Of a DNA stretch of 64,000 nucleotides, positions 28,458 to 38,821 are shown in pieces. The position numbers were made by a program, and so were the translations under genes. Location: positions 136,209-200,208 of the forward strand of contig DAHVQG010000005.1 in assembly GCA_027317865.1 (NCBI GenBank), read 5' to 3'. Source of the stretch: Bdellovibrionales bacterium (GTDB lineage Bacteria; Bdellovibrionota; Bdellovibrionia; Bdellovibrionales; UBA1609). Position 1 is the first letter of the stretch. Each line of letters begins with the position of its first letter. The notes beneath the pieces were generated by a model. The model was not told the origin of the DNA. It ran no database searches and saw only the letters and a program-made list of their open reading frames with translations.

Positions 28458-31322
28458 CTAATGCTGTGGCGGCCGTGTCCAAAGTTCATGCCAATTCGAG
28501 CGTCCGGTTTCTCGAGTATCGCCATCAAGCAGTCTGAGAGCATCTTTAGTGATAACTGTTTGTTCCAATGCAGTTTCGCTTAAGACCTTACCGCAGGCGT
28601 CAACAATCGAATCGGCGTCGATATGGTGATATTTATAAACATCGCTCGGGCGTCCGCACTTAGAATGTTTGCGAACTGCAAGAGCTTCGTGGCGCACTCC
28701 CACTAGAGAGCCGATGTTATCAAGAAGTCCCGGTTCGCCATCGTGAACGCTTACGATCGGAATTCTGCGGCCCGCAACCGTTAAAACTTCAGGCGTTTCA
28801 AGGTGGCCGTTTTGCATAGGTTTAACAAACAATGTGGAGTCAATTTGTAAACCATGACGCAGATGATGGTAGTCGTTTTCGTGAGCCAAATTTCCTAGAA
28901 GCAGATCGGGGCTAGTGACAACAATGACGTTGGCATAAATTCCGCGATCGAGAAGAGCTTGCGATGCTTTGATTGCCTCGGTTGTCGGCGAGCCCAAAGA
29001 AAAAATGTGGACCACATTATCGCCCGGTTCGTAGCCCGCGTAGCCGCGATAGTCGATCAAGTAATAAGCGCCCGAGAGTACGTCGGCGCGTATTTGCAGC
29101 AAAATTTCAGCGTCATCAACCGGCGCGACAGTGCTTTCATCTATTGCGCCATCGAGAGTAAAATTTTGCGCATGAAGACCTGCAGTTTGTGCCCAGTCAA
29201 CGGCGCTCTCAGATTTAAACCGTCGTTGCATTCGCAAGTATTTTAGAAAATCTTTTTGATCCACGCCGCGCGTGACGCCACGGATATGAACGCCCGTGCG
29301 GCCGTCGTTGTCGTGGGTCATGTGCCGGCGAATCGATTCGCAGAAAATCCAGTCGAGCTCTTGAACGAAAAACGGCTCCCATAAGATTTGGTTCGGAATT
29401 TGTATGTCTGACTTCCAGCCATGTTGGGCGCCTTCGGGCGAGAGCGTCACCCCTGAAGGAGTGCCGACTAGAATAAAACTCGACTTCCAGTAAAGGTCAT
29501 AAAAATATTGATCTAGCGCGCGCTTAACAAAAAAATCGTAGACCGTCATTAGCGGCAAAACGGGAATGCCTAGAATGTCGCGCAGGCGGCCAAACGATCC
29601 GAGGCATGACATGACATTAGCCTCAGCAATTTCGAATCGCAGAAAGCGATCGGCCACCTGTTCTCCCGGAACAAGATCGGGCGTGCCGTGATCTTTGACG
29701 TGAAGCTCTTCTTCGACGTCGGCGGTAATTTCGGCGCCGAAAATTTTGCCATCCATTGTTGGATTCAAATTCGTTGACGTACCGACATCAGGTGCCATTT
29801 CGACCATAAGCTCAGCGGCCGCCTTCCATTTTTTTTCAGAATCTGTTAGTGCCCGCATTTTTTCATTCAGGTTTTTAAGTGGCGTGTTGGCGATTCGGGT
29901 GAGTTTCGATGTGAGCTGGCCAAGCATCCATTGCGTATGCGGATAATTTGCCATTTTGAAGTTAATGTCTAATGACGGCGGCAAAGTTTCAGTGGCCGAG
30001 CCATTGGCATCGCTAAATTCGGACATCGCTTTAGTAAATTTTGCGACATTGCGGGCCTTAAGCGCATGCTGTTCTTTAATTTGCGCGTAGAGTTCATCGC
30101 CGCGTTTGCGCAAATATTTGCCTTCTGCAGAATCAGAGCTAAAACCGGCAAAAAGTTGCTCGGGTTTCAGTCCGGTTTCCTTTTGCAAGCGATCGAGCTC
30201 TTCGCGTTCGGGTAACGCCGAGTGGTTGCCCGACTGCCCGGCCATTTCAAGGCCCCAGCCTTTTATTGTATGGGCGATTATGAGCGTGGGGCGGCGCGGA
30301 TCGTTTTTGCTCGCTTGAAACGTCTCCAGTAAAACATCAAAATCATGCCCGCCGAAATCATGCAACAGTTCGTGTATTTCTTTGGCCGTCATGTTTTTCA
30401 AAAATTTATCGAGATTTTTAATTTGCCCGCCGTGATGATCGCGCAAATACGGTACCAGTTCGCTCGAATCTTTGACGAGGAGGAGTGCTTGTAATTCGTA
30501 ATCGTTGAGTTCGTGTTCGAACCATTGGCGAAACTCTTCGCCGCCTGGCCGGCCGAAATATTTGAGACGTTTGCGGCCGTGACGGGCTTCAAGAACTTCC
30601 CACCCGTTGGCCTCCATCACGCGTTTTATGCGCTGATCGTCTGTGTAACCCATGACCTTGTTGTTGGGGATGCGATGTCCGTCAAGCGATTGACGGTTAT
30701 AATCGATAATCCAAGTTAGGTTGCCGACCTCGCGTTCGGCAAGATCCGGGATCGCCTCATGCAGCGAACCTTCGCGAAATTCAGAGTCGCCGCAAACGCA
30801 CCAAAAATGGGCGTCGGGGACTTCAAATTTGTGTTGCCGGGCATAGCGGTACGCGAGGGCAAGATACCCCGCATTGACCGGCGGTATGCCAACGGTGCCT
30901 GACGGTAAAAAGTTATGGTGATCGGGATCATAGGCGGAGTGATAAGATTGTAAAACGGGTTCGCCGTTTTGCGAAAACGCGCGAAGGCCGTGCATCGTCT
31001 GATTTTTTTCATCTTCTGAAAAACGCGAAAGATCTTCATGCAAAAATAAATTGAGCAGATAGTTGTAAGCATGATCTGCCGGCGAGGCGTGTGGTTTATT
31101 GGCAACGTGATCAAATCCGGATTTCATAACCAAATGAATCGCGCCTAAAATATGCAATGCGCTTGCCGAAGCCGACGCGTGACCGCCAACTTTTGGATCG
31201 CCCTTTTCTTTATTGTCGCGATGGTTTGCGACGTCGATCATGCGGCAGGCAAGGTAGTGCGCGCGCCGAACAATTGCGTTCATGACATTCAAATCCAAAG
31301 ACGGCATCTTTGTGTTTTTCAC
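28458..31322 (-). CDS. aceE: Pyruvate dehydrogenase E1, homodimeric AceE type
   Basis: KVGGH..AS, HASP, GDSE..EG TPP motif, N.QSLDG, HTIKGWG, EGAQH. Confidence 0.85.
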   Translation of the reverse strand: MKNTKMPSLDLNVMNAIVRRAHYLACRMIDVANHRDNKEKGDPKVGGHASASASALHILGAIHLVMKSGFDHVANKPHASPADHAYNYLLNLFLHEDLSRFSEDEKNQTMHGLRAFSQNGEPVLQSYHSAYDPDHHNFLPSGTVGIPPVNAGYLALAYRYARQHKFEVPDAHFWCVCGDSEFREGSLHEAIPDLAEREVGNLTWIIDYNRQSLDGHRIPNNKVMGYTDDQRIKRVMEANGWEVLEARHGRKRLKYFGRPGGEEFRQWFEHELNDYELQALLLVKDSSELVPYLRDHHGGQIKNLDKFLKNMTAKEIHELLHDFGGHDFDVLLETFQASKNDPRRPTLIIAHTIKGWGLEMAGQSGNHSALPEREELDRLQKETGLKPEQLFAGFSSDSAEGKYLRKRGDELYAQIKEQHALKARNVAKFTKAMSEFSDANGSATETLPPSLDINFKMANYPHTQWMLGQLTSKLTRIANTPLKNLNEKMRALTDSEKKWKAAAELMVEMAPDVGTSTNLNPTMDGKIFGAEITADVEEELHVKDHGTPDLVPGEQVADRFLRFEIAEANVMSCLGSFGRLRDILGIPVLPLMTVYDFFVKRALDQYFYDLYWKSSFILVGTPSGVTLSPEGAQHGWKSDIQIPNQILWEPFFVQELDWIFCESIRRHMTHDNDGRTGVHIRGVTRGVDQKDFLKYLRMQRRFKSESAVDWAQTAGLHAQNFTLDGAIDESTVAPVDDAEILLQIRADVLSGAYYLIDYRGYAGYEPGDNVVHIFSLGSPTTEAIKASQALLDRGIYANVIVVTSPDLLLGNLAHENDYHHLRHGLQIDSTLFVKPMQNGHLETPEVLTVAGRRIPIVSVHDGEPGLLDNIGSLVGVRHEALAVRKHSKCGRPSDVYKYHHIDADSIVDACGKVLSETALEQTVITKDALRLLDGDTRETGRSNWHELWTRPPQH

Positions 31323-31340
31323 CGGAAATTTCTCCTGATT

Positions 31341-32294
31341 TTAGCGGTAAGCAAAGAGATCTTTTAGCACCATCGGGCTTGAGTTGTCAGCCTGCAGAAT
31401 GAAGTCCCAATTGATGCGTATATAGCCGTCTCGGCCAACTATGCCTTTCGGCGGGTGAGGGAAGGGCGCCGCTTCACGAAAAGCTTCGACAGCCGCGTCA
31501 TCCAATTCTTTAATGCCACTTTGTCCCACAACCTCGACCTTAACCAGGTTGCCGTTACGATCGAGCACAATAATAACGCGTGTAATATGGTCTTCCGTTG
31601 ACGCGATGGTGCGGCCCTCTGCAAATATTTTTAAAACCTGTTTGCGCACGCACGGTGCCCAGTACTGTCGAATGCGGGAGCGTATGCGCTGATAGTACGT
31701 GTAATAAATAAACTGTTTGGTGCTGAGTAGTGTTTCAAGACTTGGCGTCGTATTTTTTAAATAATCGTCGGTTTGGCTTGGTGCCACTCCGTTGCCGACT
31801 TCGTTGTTGTCAAAATTCATGATCTGAGTGGGATTAAAACGTGGCGATAGATCGGCCAACGTCGGGAGCGTGCCTCGCGTATGCAGCCGTAATTTTGAGT
31901 TTCGTGTCGCGCCGAGCGAATGGCTGGCAATTCTCTGGCGGTTGCGAGATGCGTAATCGTTACCCCCCGTTCCGTCGGTATTGCGAAATGCCCCGAAGTT
32001 TCGCGCGCGGGTTTGGTGAATAACGAGTTGGTTATGCGCGCTTAAATATTTGGCGTTGGGTTTGACCTCGTTGTTAATCGCTTGGTCGGGTTGCTGAACA
32101 ATTTGTTGGTGAAGCTCAAGTCGTTTAACCGCGGGGCTTTTGTCGAGAATTGTAACTTCAATTTTTTGAGCGCGCTTCGGGGATGTGTGAACTTCAGTTA
32201 GACGAAGACCCAGCCAGATCCCGGCATGAATTAATAAAGATAATAGAAGACAAACAATAAGACTGTTCTGCAGCAAGGCTCGCCAATAGCGCAC
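31341..32294 (-). CDS. TonB-family energy transducer
   Basis: N-terminal TM with SLLIH; C-terminal SG...LD.AA..A...AAPFP.PP. Confidence 0.85.
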   Translation of the reverse strand: MRYWRALLQNSLIVCLLLSLLIHAGIWLGLRLTEVHTSPKRAQKIEVTILDKSPAVKRLELHQQIVQQPDQAINNEVKPNAKYLSAHNQLVIHQTRARNFGAFRNTDGTGGNDYASRNRQRIASHSLGATRNSKLRLHTRGTLPTLADLSPRFNPTQIMNFDNNEVGNGVAPSQTDDYLKNTTPSLETLLSTKQFIYYTYYQRIRSRIRQYWAPCVRKQVLKIFAEGRTIASTEDHITRVIIVLDRNGNLVKVEVVGQSGIKELDDAAVEAFREAAPFPHPPKGIVGRDGYIRINWDFILQADNSSPMVLKDLFAYR

Positions 32295-32376
32295 AAAAAC
32301 TCCTTTTCATTTTTTCGGAATAACAAGCCTATTTTTTGAGTTAATATTTGCGATGTTTTGTCTTAAACTTTTTAAT

Positions 32377-33108
32377 ATGGTTTTGGATGTGTGGGGAAAG
32401 ACCGACGTCGGTCTCAAGCGCGATAACAATCAAGATAGTATTTTGGTTGATAAAAATTTGTCGCTTTTCATTGTGGCAGACGGTATGGGCGGCCATCGCG
32501 GCGGTGAAGTTGCTTCGGCAATGGCGGTTGAAACCGTTCATGAGGTTCTAGAAGAGCAGCTCGAATCTAGCCAAAAGGTTGTTCCGCGAGAAACGCTCAA
32601 GATGGCTTACCGTGAAGCGAGTCGGCGCATTTTTCATAAAAGTAATCACGAGCGCACGGAGCTAATGGGCATGGGTACGACGATGGTCCTGGCATTTGCT
32701 TATGAGGGTAAATTGTATGTGGCCAACGTTGGTGACTCGCGTGGATATTTGTTTAAAGAAAACAATTTGTGGCAAATTACAGAAGATCACTCTCTAATCA
32801 ACGAGGCCATTCGCGCGGGGACAGTTGATCCAAACCGACCTGACGCAAGTCTTGTTGGGCGAAACGTGATCACTCGCAGTGTCGGTTTTGAAGAAGACGT
32901 GGATGCGGACGTCATCGAGCGTGAATTGATTCCGGGCGAGATCTACCTTCTCTGTTCCGACGGATTGTGTGGACTCGTGTCGAACGAACGGCTAGCCGAA
33001 ATTTTTCGAAAAAATCCGCCCGGTTCAACAGTTGAGAAATTTATCGACGAGGCAAAAAAAGCCGGTGGTGACGATAACATAAGTGCGATTGTCATTAAGG
33101 TAAACTGA
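32377..33108 (+). CDS. PP2C-family Ser/Thr protein phosphatase
   Basis: TDVG..R..NQD, VADGMGGH, NVGDSR, CSDGL, GG.DNIS. Confidence 0.95.
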   Translation: MVLDVWGKTDVGLKRDNNQDSILVDKNLSLFIVADGMGGHRGGEVASAMAVETVHEVLEEQLESSQKVVPRETLKMAYREASRRIFHKSNHERTELMGMGTTMVLAFAYEGKLYVANVGDSRGYLFKENNLWQITEDHSLINEAIRAGTVDPNRPDASLVGRNVITRSVGFEEDVDADVIERELIPGEIYLLCSDGLCGLVSNERLAEIFRKNPPGSTVEKFIDEAKKAGGDDNISAIVIKVN

Positions 33109-33180
33109 GCTGAGCGCGCCGCATTGTTAAAGAATTTTCTGCTGACTTGGCCGCCCGTGTCTAAGATATTGGGGGGATTA

Positions 33181-34209
33181 GTGGAATCAAAAACTTATAC
33201 TTTTCTTATTACCAGTAATCGTGAAGGTAAGACGCGAACTCTTACTGTACGTTCGTCTTGGCTCAAAGCGTTTGCCGCCTTATCGATCATCTTTGCGGTT
33301 TTAATAGCTGCCGCCGGGGTCGATTACTTTGGACTTCTTCTGAGCCAGAGCCAAAGTAAACGTCTTCAAGCCGAGAACGCGCAGCTCACTCGGGAATTTT
33401 CAGTTGTTAAAGGTAAACTCGCGACCTTAGAGAATAGTCTTGATCAAATTCAAACATTAACGACAAAAATTAAACTCATCACTGACGTTGGCGATAACGA
33501 CCGGGTGATGAATTTATCCATTCCGCAAGTGCCAAGATTTCATCAAAATATGGCGTTATATGAAAATCACGTTTCGGGTGTCGATGCCACTCGAGTTCCG
33601 GCGTCTATAGCACAGCCGTTTCAACAGGATGCCACATTTTTGCAGCGCCCAGTGCTTGATGTCATCGATGGGGAGCTTGCGGCAACGCCGAATGATAAGT
33701 ACGCCAATCTTTCGATTCGAATTGATCGCGCGGTTCAACAGTCTCGCCTTGAAGAGCAAGGTGTAATTCGACTGCAAGAACTCTTGCAAGAGCGGCAGTC
33801 GATTCTCAATTCAACGCCAACAATCATGCCCGTTCACGGATTTTTTAGTTCGCCCTTTGGCTATCGTCCTGACCCATTTGTACCGGGCGGTCTCGATTTT
33901 CACCCTGGCGTTGATATTGCGGCTCCGATCGGCACACCTGTACATGCCACTGCGAACGGAGTTGTATCGTTCGTCGGTTATGATGCGGGATACGGCAAGC
34001 TGGTCGAGATTGATAACGGTTACGGAGTTCAGACGCTCTTCGGGCACAATTCGCAAATCTACGTGCAAGTGGGCCAGAAAGTAACGCGTGGTGAAGTTAT
34101 TTCGGCCGTCGGCGATACGGGCCGCTCAACAGGGCCCCATTCGCATTACGAAATTCGAGTTGATGGGGTGCCCGTCAATCCGATGCAATACATTTTAAAT
34201 CCGCCATAA
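33181..34209 (+). CDS. M23 family metallopeptidase with TM anchor and coiled coil
   Basis: HPGVD, GYG..V.I, TGRSTGPH.HYE; GGGGGG RBS before GTG 33181. Confidence 0.92.
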   Translation: MESKTYTFLITSNREGKTRTLTVRSSWLKAFAALSIIFAVLIAAAGVDYFGLLLSQSQSKRLQAENAQLTREFSVVKGKLATLENSLDQIQTLTTKIKLITDVGDNDRVMNLSIPQVPRFHQNMALYENHVSGVDATRVPASIAQPFQQDATFLQRPVLDVIDGELAATPNDKYANLSIRIDRAVQQSRLEEQGVIRLQELLQERQSILNSTPTIMPVHGFFSSPFGYRPDPFVPGGLDFHPGVDIAAPIGTPVHATANGVVSFVGYDAGYGKLVEIDNGYGVQTLFGHNSQIYVQVGQKVTRGEVISAVGDTGRSTGPHSHYEIRVDGVPVNPMQYILNPP

Positions 34210-34249
34210 GATTGATTTATTTGCGGCGATCAGAGTACGCTAAATAGAG

Positions 34250-35368
34250 ATGCGTGCACAAATTGATCGCGGACTTTTTCTTGCTATAGTGTTTTTAATG
34301 GGCCTTGGGCTCGTGCAGATTTATTCCTCGAGTTATATTTTCGCGATCGAATCGTTTAATGACGGCCTATTTTTTGTAAAGAAACAAGCTTTATTTATTC
34401 TTATTGCAATCGCGATTCTTTTGATCGTGGCGTATTTGCCCTGGCGTATTCTTGAACGCTTGGCGCTCGTGGCTTGGGGTCTTGCCGGGATTGGCGTTAT
34501 GCTCACGATTGTGCCGCATGTGGGAATTCGAACCGGCGGGGCCTCGCGCTGGTTGCCTGTTCCGGGCGGGTTTCACTGGCAGCCGAGTGAATTTCTAAAA
34601 TACGGGACGCCTGTGGCCATGGCTTACCTTTTGACGTCTTCGAAAAAATTTGTCGAATTGCGGTTGCGCGCGATTTTGGCTTGGGGTTTGGTCGCCTTGC
34701 CTGTTGTACTGCTATTGCGGCAACCGGATTTTGGATCGTTTGCGATCATAACCGTGGTCGTATTTTGCATTTTGTTTTCGCGCGGCTTACCACTTCGTTA
34801 CGTTGTGGGGGGGCTGGCGACGATGGCGGCGTCGTTTTATTTTCTCATCGTTCGCTACCGTTACCGGATGGCACGGGTTTTGGCGTTTTTGAACCCGTGG
34901 GCGGACCCGCAGCACAAAGGTTTTCAGGTTATTCAAAGTATGCTGGGATTTTATTCGGGCGGTTTAACGGGAGTTGGTTTAGGCCGGGGTCAGGCAAAGT
35001 TATTTTTTCTCCCCGAGGCGCACACGGATTTTACATTGTCGGTTTTGGGTGAAGAGCAAGGTTTTATCGGAGTTGTTCTCGTCATGCTTCTTTTGGGTTA
35101 TCTTGTGCTGCGCGGAATGCAAATCTCCGCCCAAGCTAAAGATGAACGGCAGAAAATTATCGGATTGGGTGTGACGATAACATTTGCCATTACGGCGCTT
35201 GTCAATGCGGGGGTGGCTATGGGGCTTCTCCCGACAAAGGGACTCGGAATGCCATTTTTAAGCTATGGTGGCAGTCAACTAATTGCAATTTCATTCGCTC
35301 TTGGCATTCTTCTGAATATTGATCGAGAAGGGCATGAAAAAGCTCTGCGATCTTATATCAAGGTGTGA
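34250..35368 (+). CDS. ftsW: Peptidoglycan polymerase FtsW (SEDS)
   Basis: RW, QPSEF.K, QPDFG, PEAHTDF, P.KG..MPFLSYGGS; position before murG. Confidence 0.93.
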   Translation: MRAQIDRGLFLAIVFLMGLGLVQIYSSSYIFAIESFNDGLFFVKKQALFILIAIAILLIVAYLPWRILERLALVAWGLAGIGVMLTIVPHVGIRTGGASRWLPVPGGFHWQPSEFLKYGTPVAMAYLLTSSKKFVELRLRAILAWGLVALPVVLLLRQPDFGSFAIITVVVFCILFSRGLPLRYVVGGLATMAASFYFLIVRYRYRMARVLAFLNPWADPQHKGFQVIQSMLGFYSGGLTGVGLGRGQAKLFFLPEAHTDFTLSVLGEEQGFIGVVLVMLLLGYLVLRGMQISAQAKDERQKIIGLGVTITFAITALVNAGVAMGLLPTKGLGMPFLSYGGSQLIAISFALGILLNIDREGHEKALRSYIKV

Positions 35369-35380
35369 TAAGCACAACCC

Positions 35381-36499
35381 GTGAACGGCGAGACAGTGAA
35401 CAGCAAATCAATCAGTCCACGCATTATATTTGCTGGTGGTGGAACCGGCGGCCACATTTATCCCGCGCTGGCGATGGCTGACGCGGTAAAAAAATTCAAT
35501 CCTGATTCGCGCATCGATTTTGTCGGGACGCCATCGGGGCTTGAATCTAAACTTGTTCCGCGCGCAGGTTACCCGCTTCATTTTATAACGGTTGGCCGTC
35601 TTCATCGCAGCGTCGGCGTTTTCGAGCGAATCAAAACCTTGATCATGATGCCGCTTGCGATGATAAAGTCATTTTATTTAATTTTTAAATTACGACCGAC
35701 AGCGGTTGTGGGCGTCGGTGGCTATGCGTCGGGTCCGATAGTGCTCGCCGCGGCATTGATGAGGATTCGCACTATTATATGGGAGCCGAATGCATATCCT
35801 GGGCTAGCCAACCGCATCTTGGCGCAATTTGTCGATCATTGCCTTGTCGTTTTTAACGAGGCGGCCGGAATTCTAAAAAACAAAAATGTGACCCGCGTGC
35901 ACATGCCAGTGCGCCGAGAAATCGAAGAACTTACTCCCAACGTAATTGCCGGTAATGAATTGCATCTGCTTGTGTTTGGGGGCAGTCAGGGTTCACGCGC
36001 GCTCAATAACGTTTTACTTGAGAGCGTAAAAATAGGCGGCGAATGGTTGCACGACGTAAAGATCGTGCATCAGGCGGGCGCTCTCGATTTTGCGCGCCTT
36101 AAAAACGATTATGCGGCGATTGCCGGGATTCGAGATTTTCTCGAGGTGCACGAATATTTGCACGATATGCCTTCACGACTGAAGTGGGCCGATGTTGTCG
36201 TGGCGCGCTCGGGTACTGGTACCATTTCGGAGCTTGCCGCTTGCGCAAAGGCTGCGATATTGGTGCCGCTACCAACGGCGGCGGATGATCATCAAACCAA
36301 AAATGCCCAAGCTTTGGTTAAAATGAATGCGGCCATTATGATTCCACAGAGAGAATTTACGGCTGAACGTCTGATGAACGAAATATCAGAGATAAAAAAT
36401 CATCGTGAAAAACTGCGAGAACTAGCGCACAATGTCCAATCTTTTCATCGCAAACAGGCGGCGGATGAGATCGCCAAATTATTGTTGGCAGATGCTTAG
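35381..36499 (+). CDS. murG: Undecaprenyl-PP-MurNAc-pentapeptide GlcNAc transferase
   Basis: GGGTGGHIYP, GGYAS, EPNA.PG.AN, GGSQG, HQ.KNA. Confidence 0.96.
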   Translation: MNGETVNSKSISPRIIFAGGGTGGHIYPALAMADAVKKFNPDSRIDFVGTPSGLESKLVPRAGYPLHFITVGRLHRSVGVFERIKTLIMMPLAMIKSFYLIFKLRPTAVVGVGGYASGPIVLAAALMRIRTIIWEPNAYPGLANRILAQFVDHCLVVFNEAAGILKNKNVTRVHMPVRREIEELTPNVIAGNELHLLVFGGSQGSRALNNVLLESVKIGGEWLHDVKIVHQAGALDFARLKNDYAAIAGIRDFLEVHEYLHDMPSRLKWADVVVARSGTGTISELAACAKAAILVPLPTAADDHQTKNAQALVKMNAAIMIPQREFTAERLMNEISEIKNHREKLRELAHNVQSFHRKQAADEIAKLLLADA

Positions 36500-36519
36500 A
36501 GACAAAGCGAGGAGCAATA

Positions 36520-37896
36520 ATGAATTTTCGATTGGCTGGTGCGCGGATTCACTTCATCGGAGTCGGTGGTGTGGGTATGTGCGGGCTTGCCGAGCTTCTT
36601 TACAATATGGGCGTGCAAGTTAAGGGCAGCGATTTGTCTGAAAACTCGCATACGCACCATTTGCGTCAGCTCGGTATAAAAATTTCGATCGGCCACAACC
36701 AAGAGAATTTGCGCGACGTCGATGTAGCCGTTTTTTCTTCGGCGGTTAAACCGAGTAATATTGAGTATCAAACAGCTAAGCGTCTCGGCATTCCGTTAAT
36801 CCCACGCGCTGAAGCGTTAGCTGAGATAATGCAACTCAGACGCGGAATTGCGATTGCGGGCAGTCACGGTAAAACAACAACAACGAGTATGACTGCGACC
36901 ATTTTTATTCATGCCAAAACCGATCCAACGATTGTTATCGGCGGCCGACTTGATCTCATAAAATCAACGGCAAAACTCGGTAGCGGTGAGTGGCTTATCG
37001 CTGAAGCGGATGAAAGCGACGGGAGTTTTAACCGGCTCACTCCCGAAATTGCGATTGTGACCAATATTGATAATGATCATTTAGACCACTTCGGGAGTCT
37101 TCGCGCGCTCGAGAACGCGTTTGTTGAATTCGCTTCGCGGATTCCATTTTATGGGGTCGCGATTGTTTGCGGCGATTCGCCCCGAATGCGTGAGCTTTTT
37201 GAGGCGTTCCCGAAACGAATTTTATTTTACGGATTTGACGCAGCTAACGAATACCGTATTGAAGGCAAAAATTCGCAATACCGTCTCTACTATTGCGACC
37301 ACGAAATCGGCGGTTTTAAATTGCAAATCCCCGGACGGCACAATGCGCTGAATGCGACAGCGGCGATTTTGGCTGGTCATGTTTCGGGTTTACCGCTTGC
37401 GAAGTGTTTCGAGGGTATCGCGACGTATTCAGGCGTCGATCGGCGTTTTCACAAAAAAGCGAACGTGCTCGGCATCGACATTTATGACGATTACGGTCAT
37501 CACCCCACTGAAATTTCGGCGGTGATCTCGGCATTTCGCGAGCAGTTTCCGAAACGGCGTCTGGTGATTTTATTTCAACCCCATCGGTTTTCTCGTACCC
37601 GGCAATGTTGGGATCAGTTTCTTAATTGCTTTGAAAACTGCGACAAACTGTATCTTTGCGATATATATCCCGCAGGCGAAATGCCCATTGCGGGCGTCAG
37701 CGCACAAAAACTTCTCGAAGAAATTCGCCACAGTGACCGCTGTTATTTGGGAGCAAAAAACACGGCCGGCGCGCAAATTGTGCAAGACTTACGGCCGGGT
37801 GACGTCTTTGTGACCTTGGGCGCCGGGGATGTTTGGAAAATTGGCGAAGAAGTTGCCGATAAATTGCAGAACAAAAGCGATGTGAGCAAGACATGA
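36520..37896 (+). CDS. murC: UDP-N-acetylmuramate--L-alanine ligase
   Basis: HFIGVGGVGM, GSHGKTTTT, EADESD, DDYGHHPTE, FQPHR. Confidence 0.97.
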   Translation: MNFRLAGARIHFIGVGGVGMCGLAELLYNMGVQVKGSDLSENSHTHHLRQLGIKISIGHNQENLRDVDVAVFSSAVKPSNIEYQTAKRLGIPLIPRAEALAEIMQLRRGIAIAGSHGKTTTTSMTATIFIHAKTDPTIVIGGRLDLIKSTAKLGSGEWLIAEADESDGSFNRLTPEIAIVTNIDNDHLDHFGSLRALENAFVEFASRIPFYGVAIVCGDSPRMRELFEAFPKRILFYGFDAANEYRIEGKNSQYRLYYCDHEIGGFKLQIPGRHNALNATAAILAGHVSGLPLAKCFEGIATYSGVDRRFHKKANVLGIDIYDDYGHHPTEISAVISAFREQFPKRRLVILFQPHRFSRTRQCWDQFLNCFENCDKLYLCDIYPAGEMPIAGVSAQKLLEEIRHSDRCYLGAKNTAGAQIVQDLRPGDVFVTLGAGDVWKIGEEVADKLQNKSDVSKT

Positions 37897-38813
37897 CGGA
37901 CATCCCCAAATTTATTGAAAAACAGAAGCCGTTGCGCGAATTCAATTCGTGGCAGGTTGGCGGCAGTGCCGAATTTTTTTGCGCACCTGAAACATTAGAA
38001 GAAATTCGAAGTGCGTGGGCATGGGCGCAGAACGAGGGCATTTCTGTTTGGATATTAAGCGGAGGTTCTAATATCTTAGTGCCTGACGAAACATTGCCTG
38101 GTTTAACTATGCGGCTACATAATTTTTCGGGAATCGAAAAAATCGAGGAGCCAAATGAGGCGGCTGTGGGCCTGATTCGAATTCATGCACGAGCGGGCAC
38201 GCCGAAATCAGAAGTGGCAAAGATTTTTTTAAAACACCGGTTGGCTCCCGCCGTGTTTTTAACCGGTATACCCGGGGATATGGGTGCAGGTGTTGTTATG
38301 AACGCCGGCATTGGTGAAGCGCGTACGCCGCGAGAATTTTGCGAAATTGTTTCACAAGTCGAAGTGCTAAGACCTGACTTAAGTCTAGTTTATTTAGATG
38401 CAAAGGAGCTGCGGTGGGAATACCGCCATTCTTCAGGATGGCAGCCGGGCATAATCACTAAAGTTGTGGTGGAGTGGCCGGCCGCTCCAGATGCCATGGT
38501 AACCAATGCTGTGCGTGAGCAAACGCGCAAGCGCGTAGCAACTCAACCGCTCGAATTGCCCAATTGCGGTTCGGTGTTTGTCAACCCGCACGGGCACAAG
38601 GCAGCGCAGCTCATTGAAAGTTGCGGGCTCAAAGGTTATCGCGTGGGTGGTGCGTGTGTTTCGAAAAAACACGCAAACTTTATCGTAAATGATCAAAACG
38701 CTTCGGCGGCCGATATATGGCAAATCATCGAACACGTGCGCTCACGCGTTTCATCTGAAACCGGAGTACAACTTGAAACTGAGATTGTGAAACTGGGCGA
38801 TCATCCGCTATAA
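37893..38813 (+). CDS. murB: UDP-N-acetylenolpyruvoylglucosamine reductase
   Basis: GGSN, GIPG..G..MNAG, YRHS, QP...PNCGSVF.NP, KHANFIVN. Confidence 0.95.
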   Translation: MTDIPKFIEKQKPLREFNSWQVGGSAEFFCAPETLEEIRSAWAWAQNEGISVWILSGGSNILVPDETLPGLTMRLHNFSGIEKIEEPNEAAVGLIRIHARAGTPKSEVAKIFLKHRLAPAVFLTGIPGDMGAGVVMNAGIGEARTPREFCEIVSQVEVLRPDLSLVYLDAKELRWEYRHSSGWQPGIITKVVVEWPAAPDAMVTNAVREQTRKRVATQPLELPNCGSVFVNPHGHKAAQLIESCGLKGYRVGGACVSKKHANFIVNDQNASAADIWQIIEHVRSRVSSETGVQLETEIVKLGDHPL

Positions 38814-38821
38814 TTTCTGTA

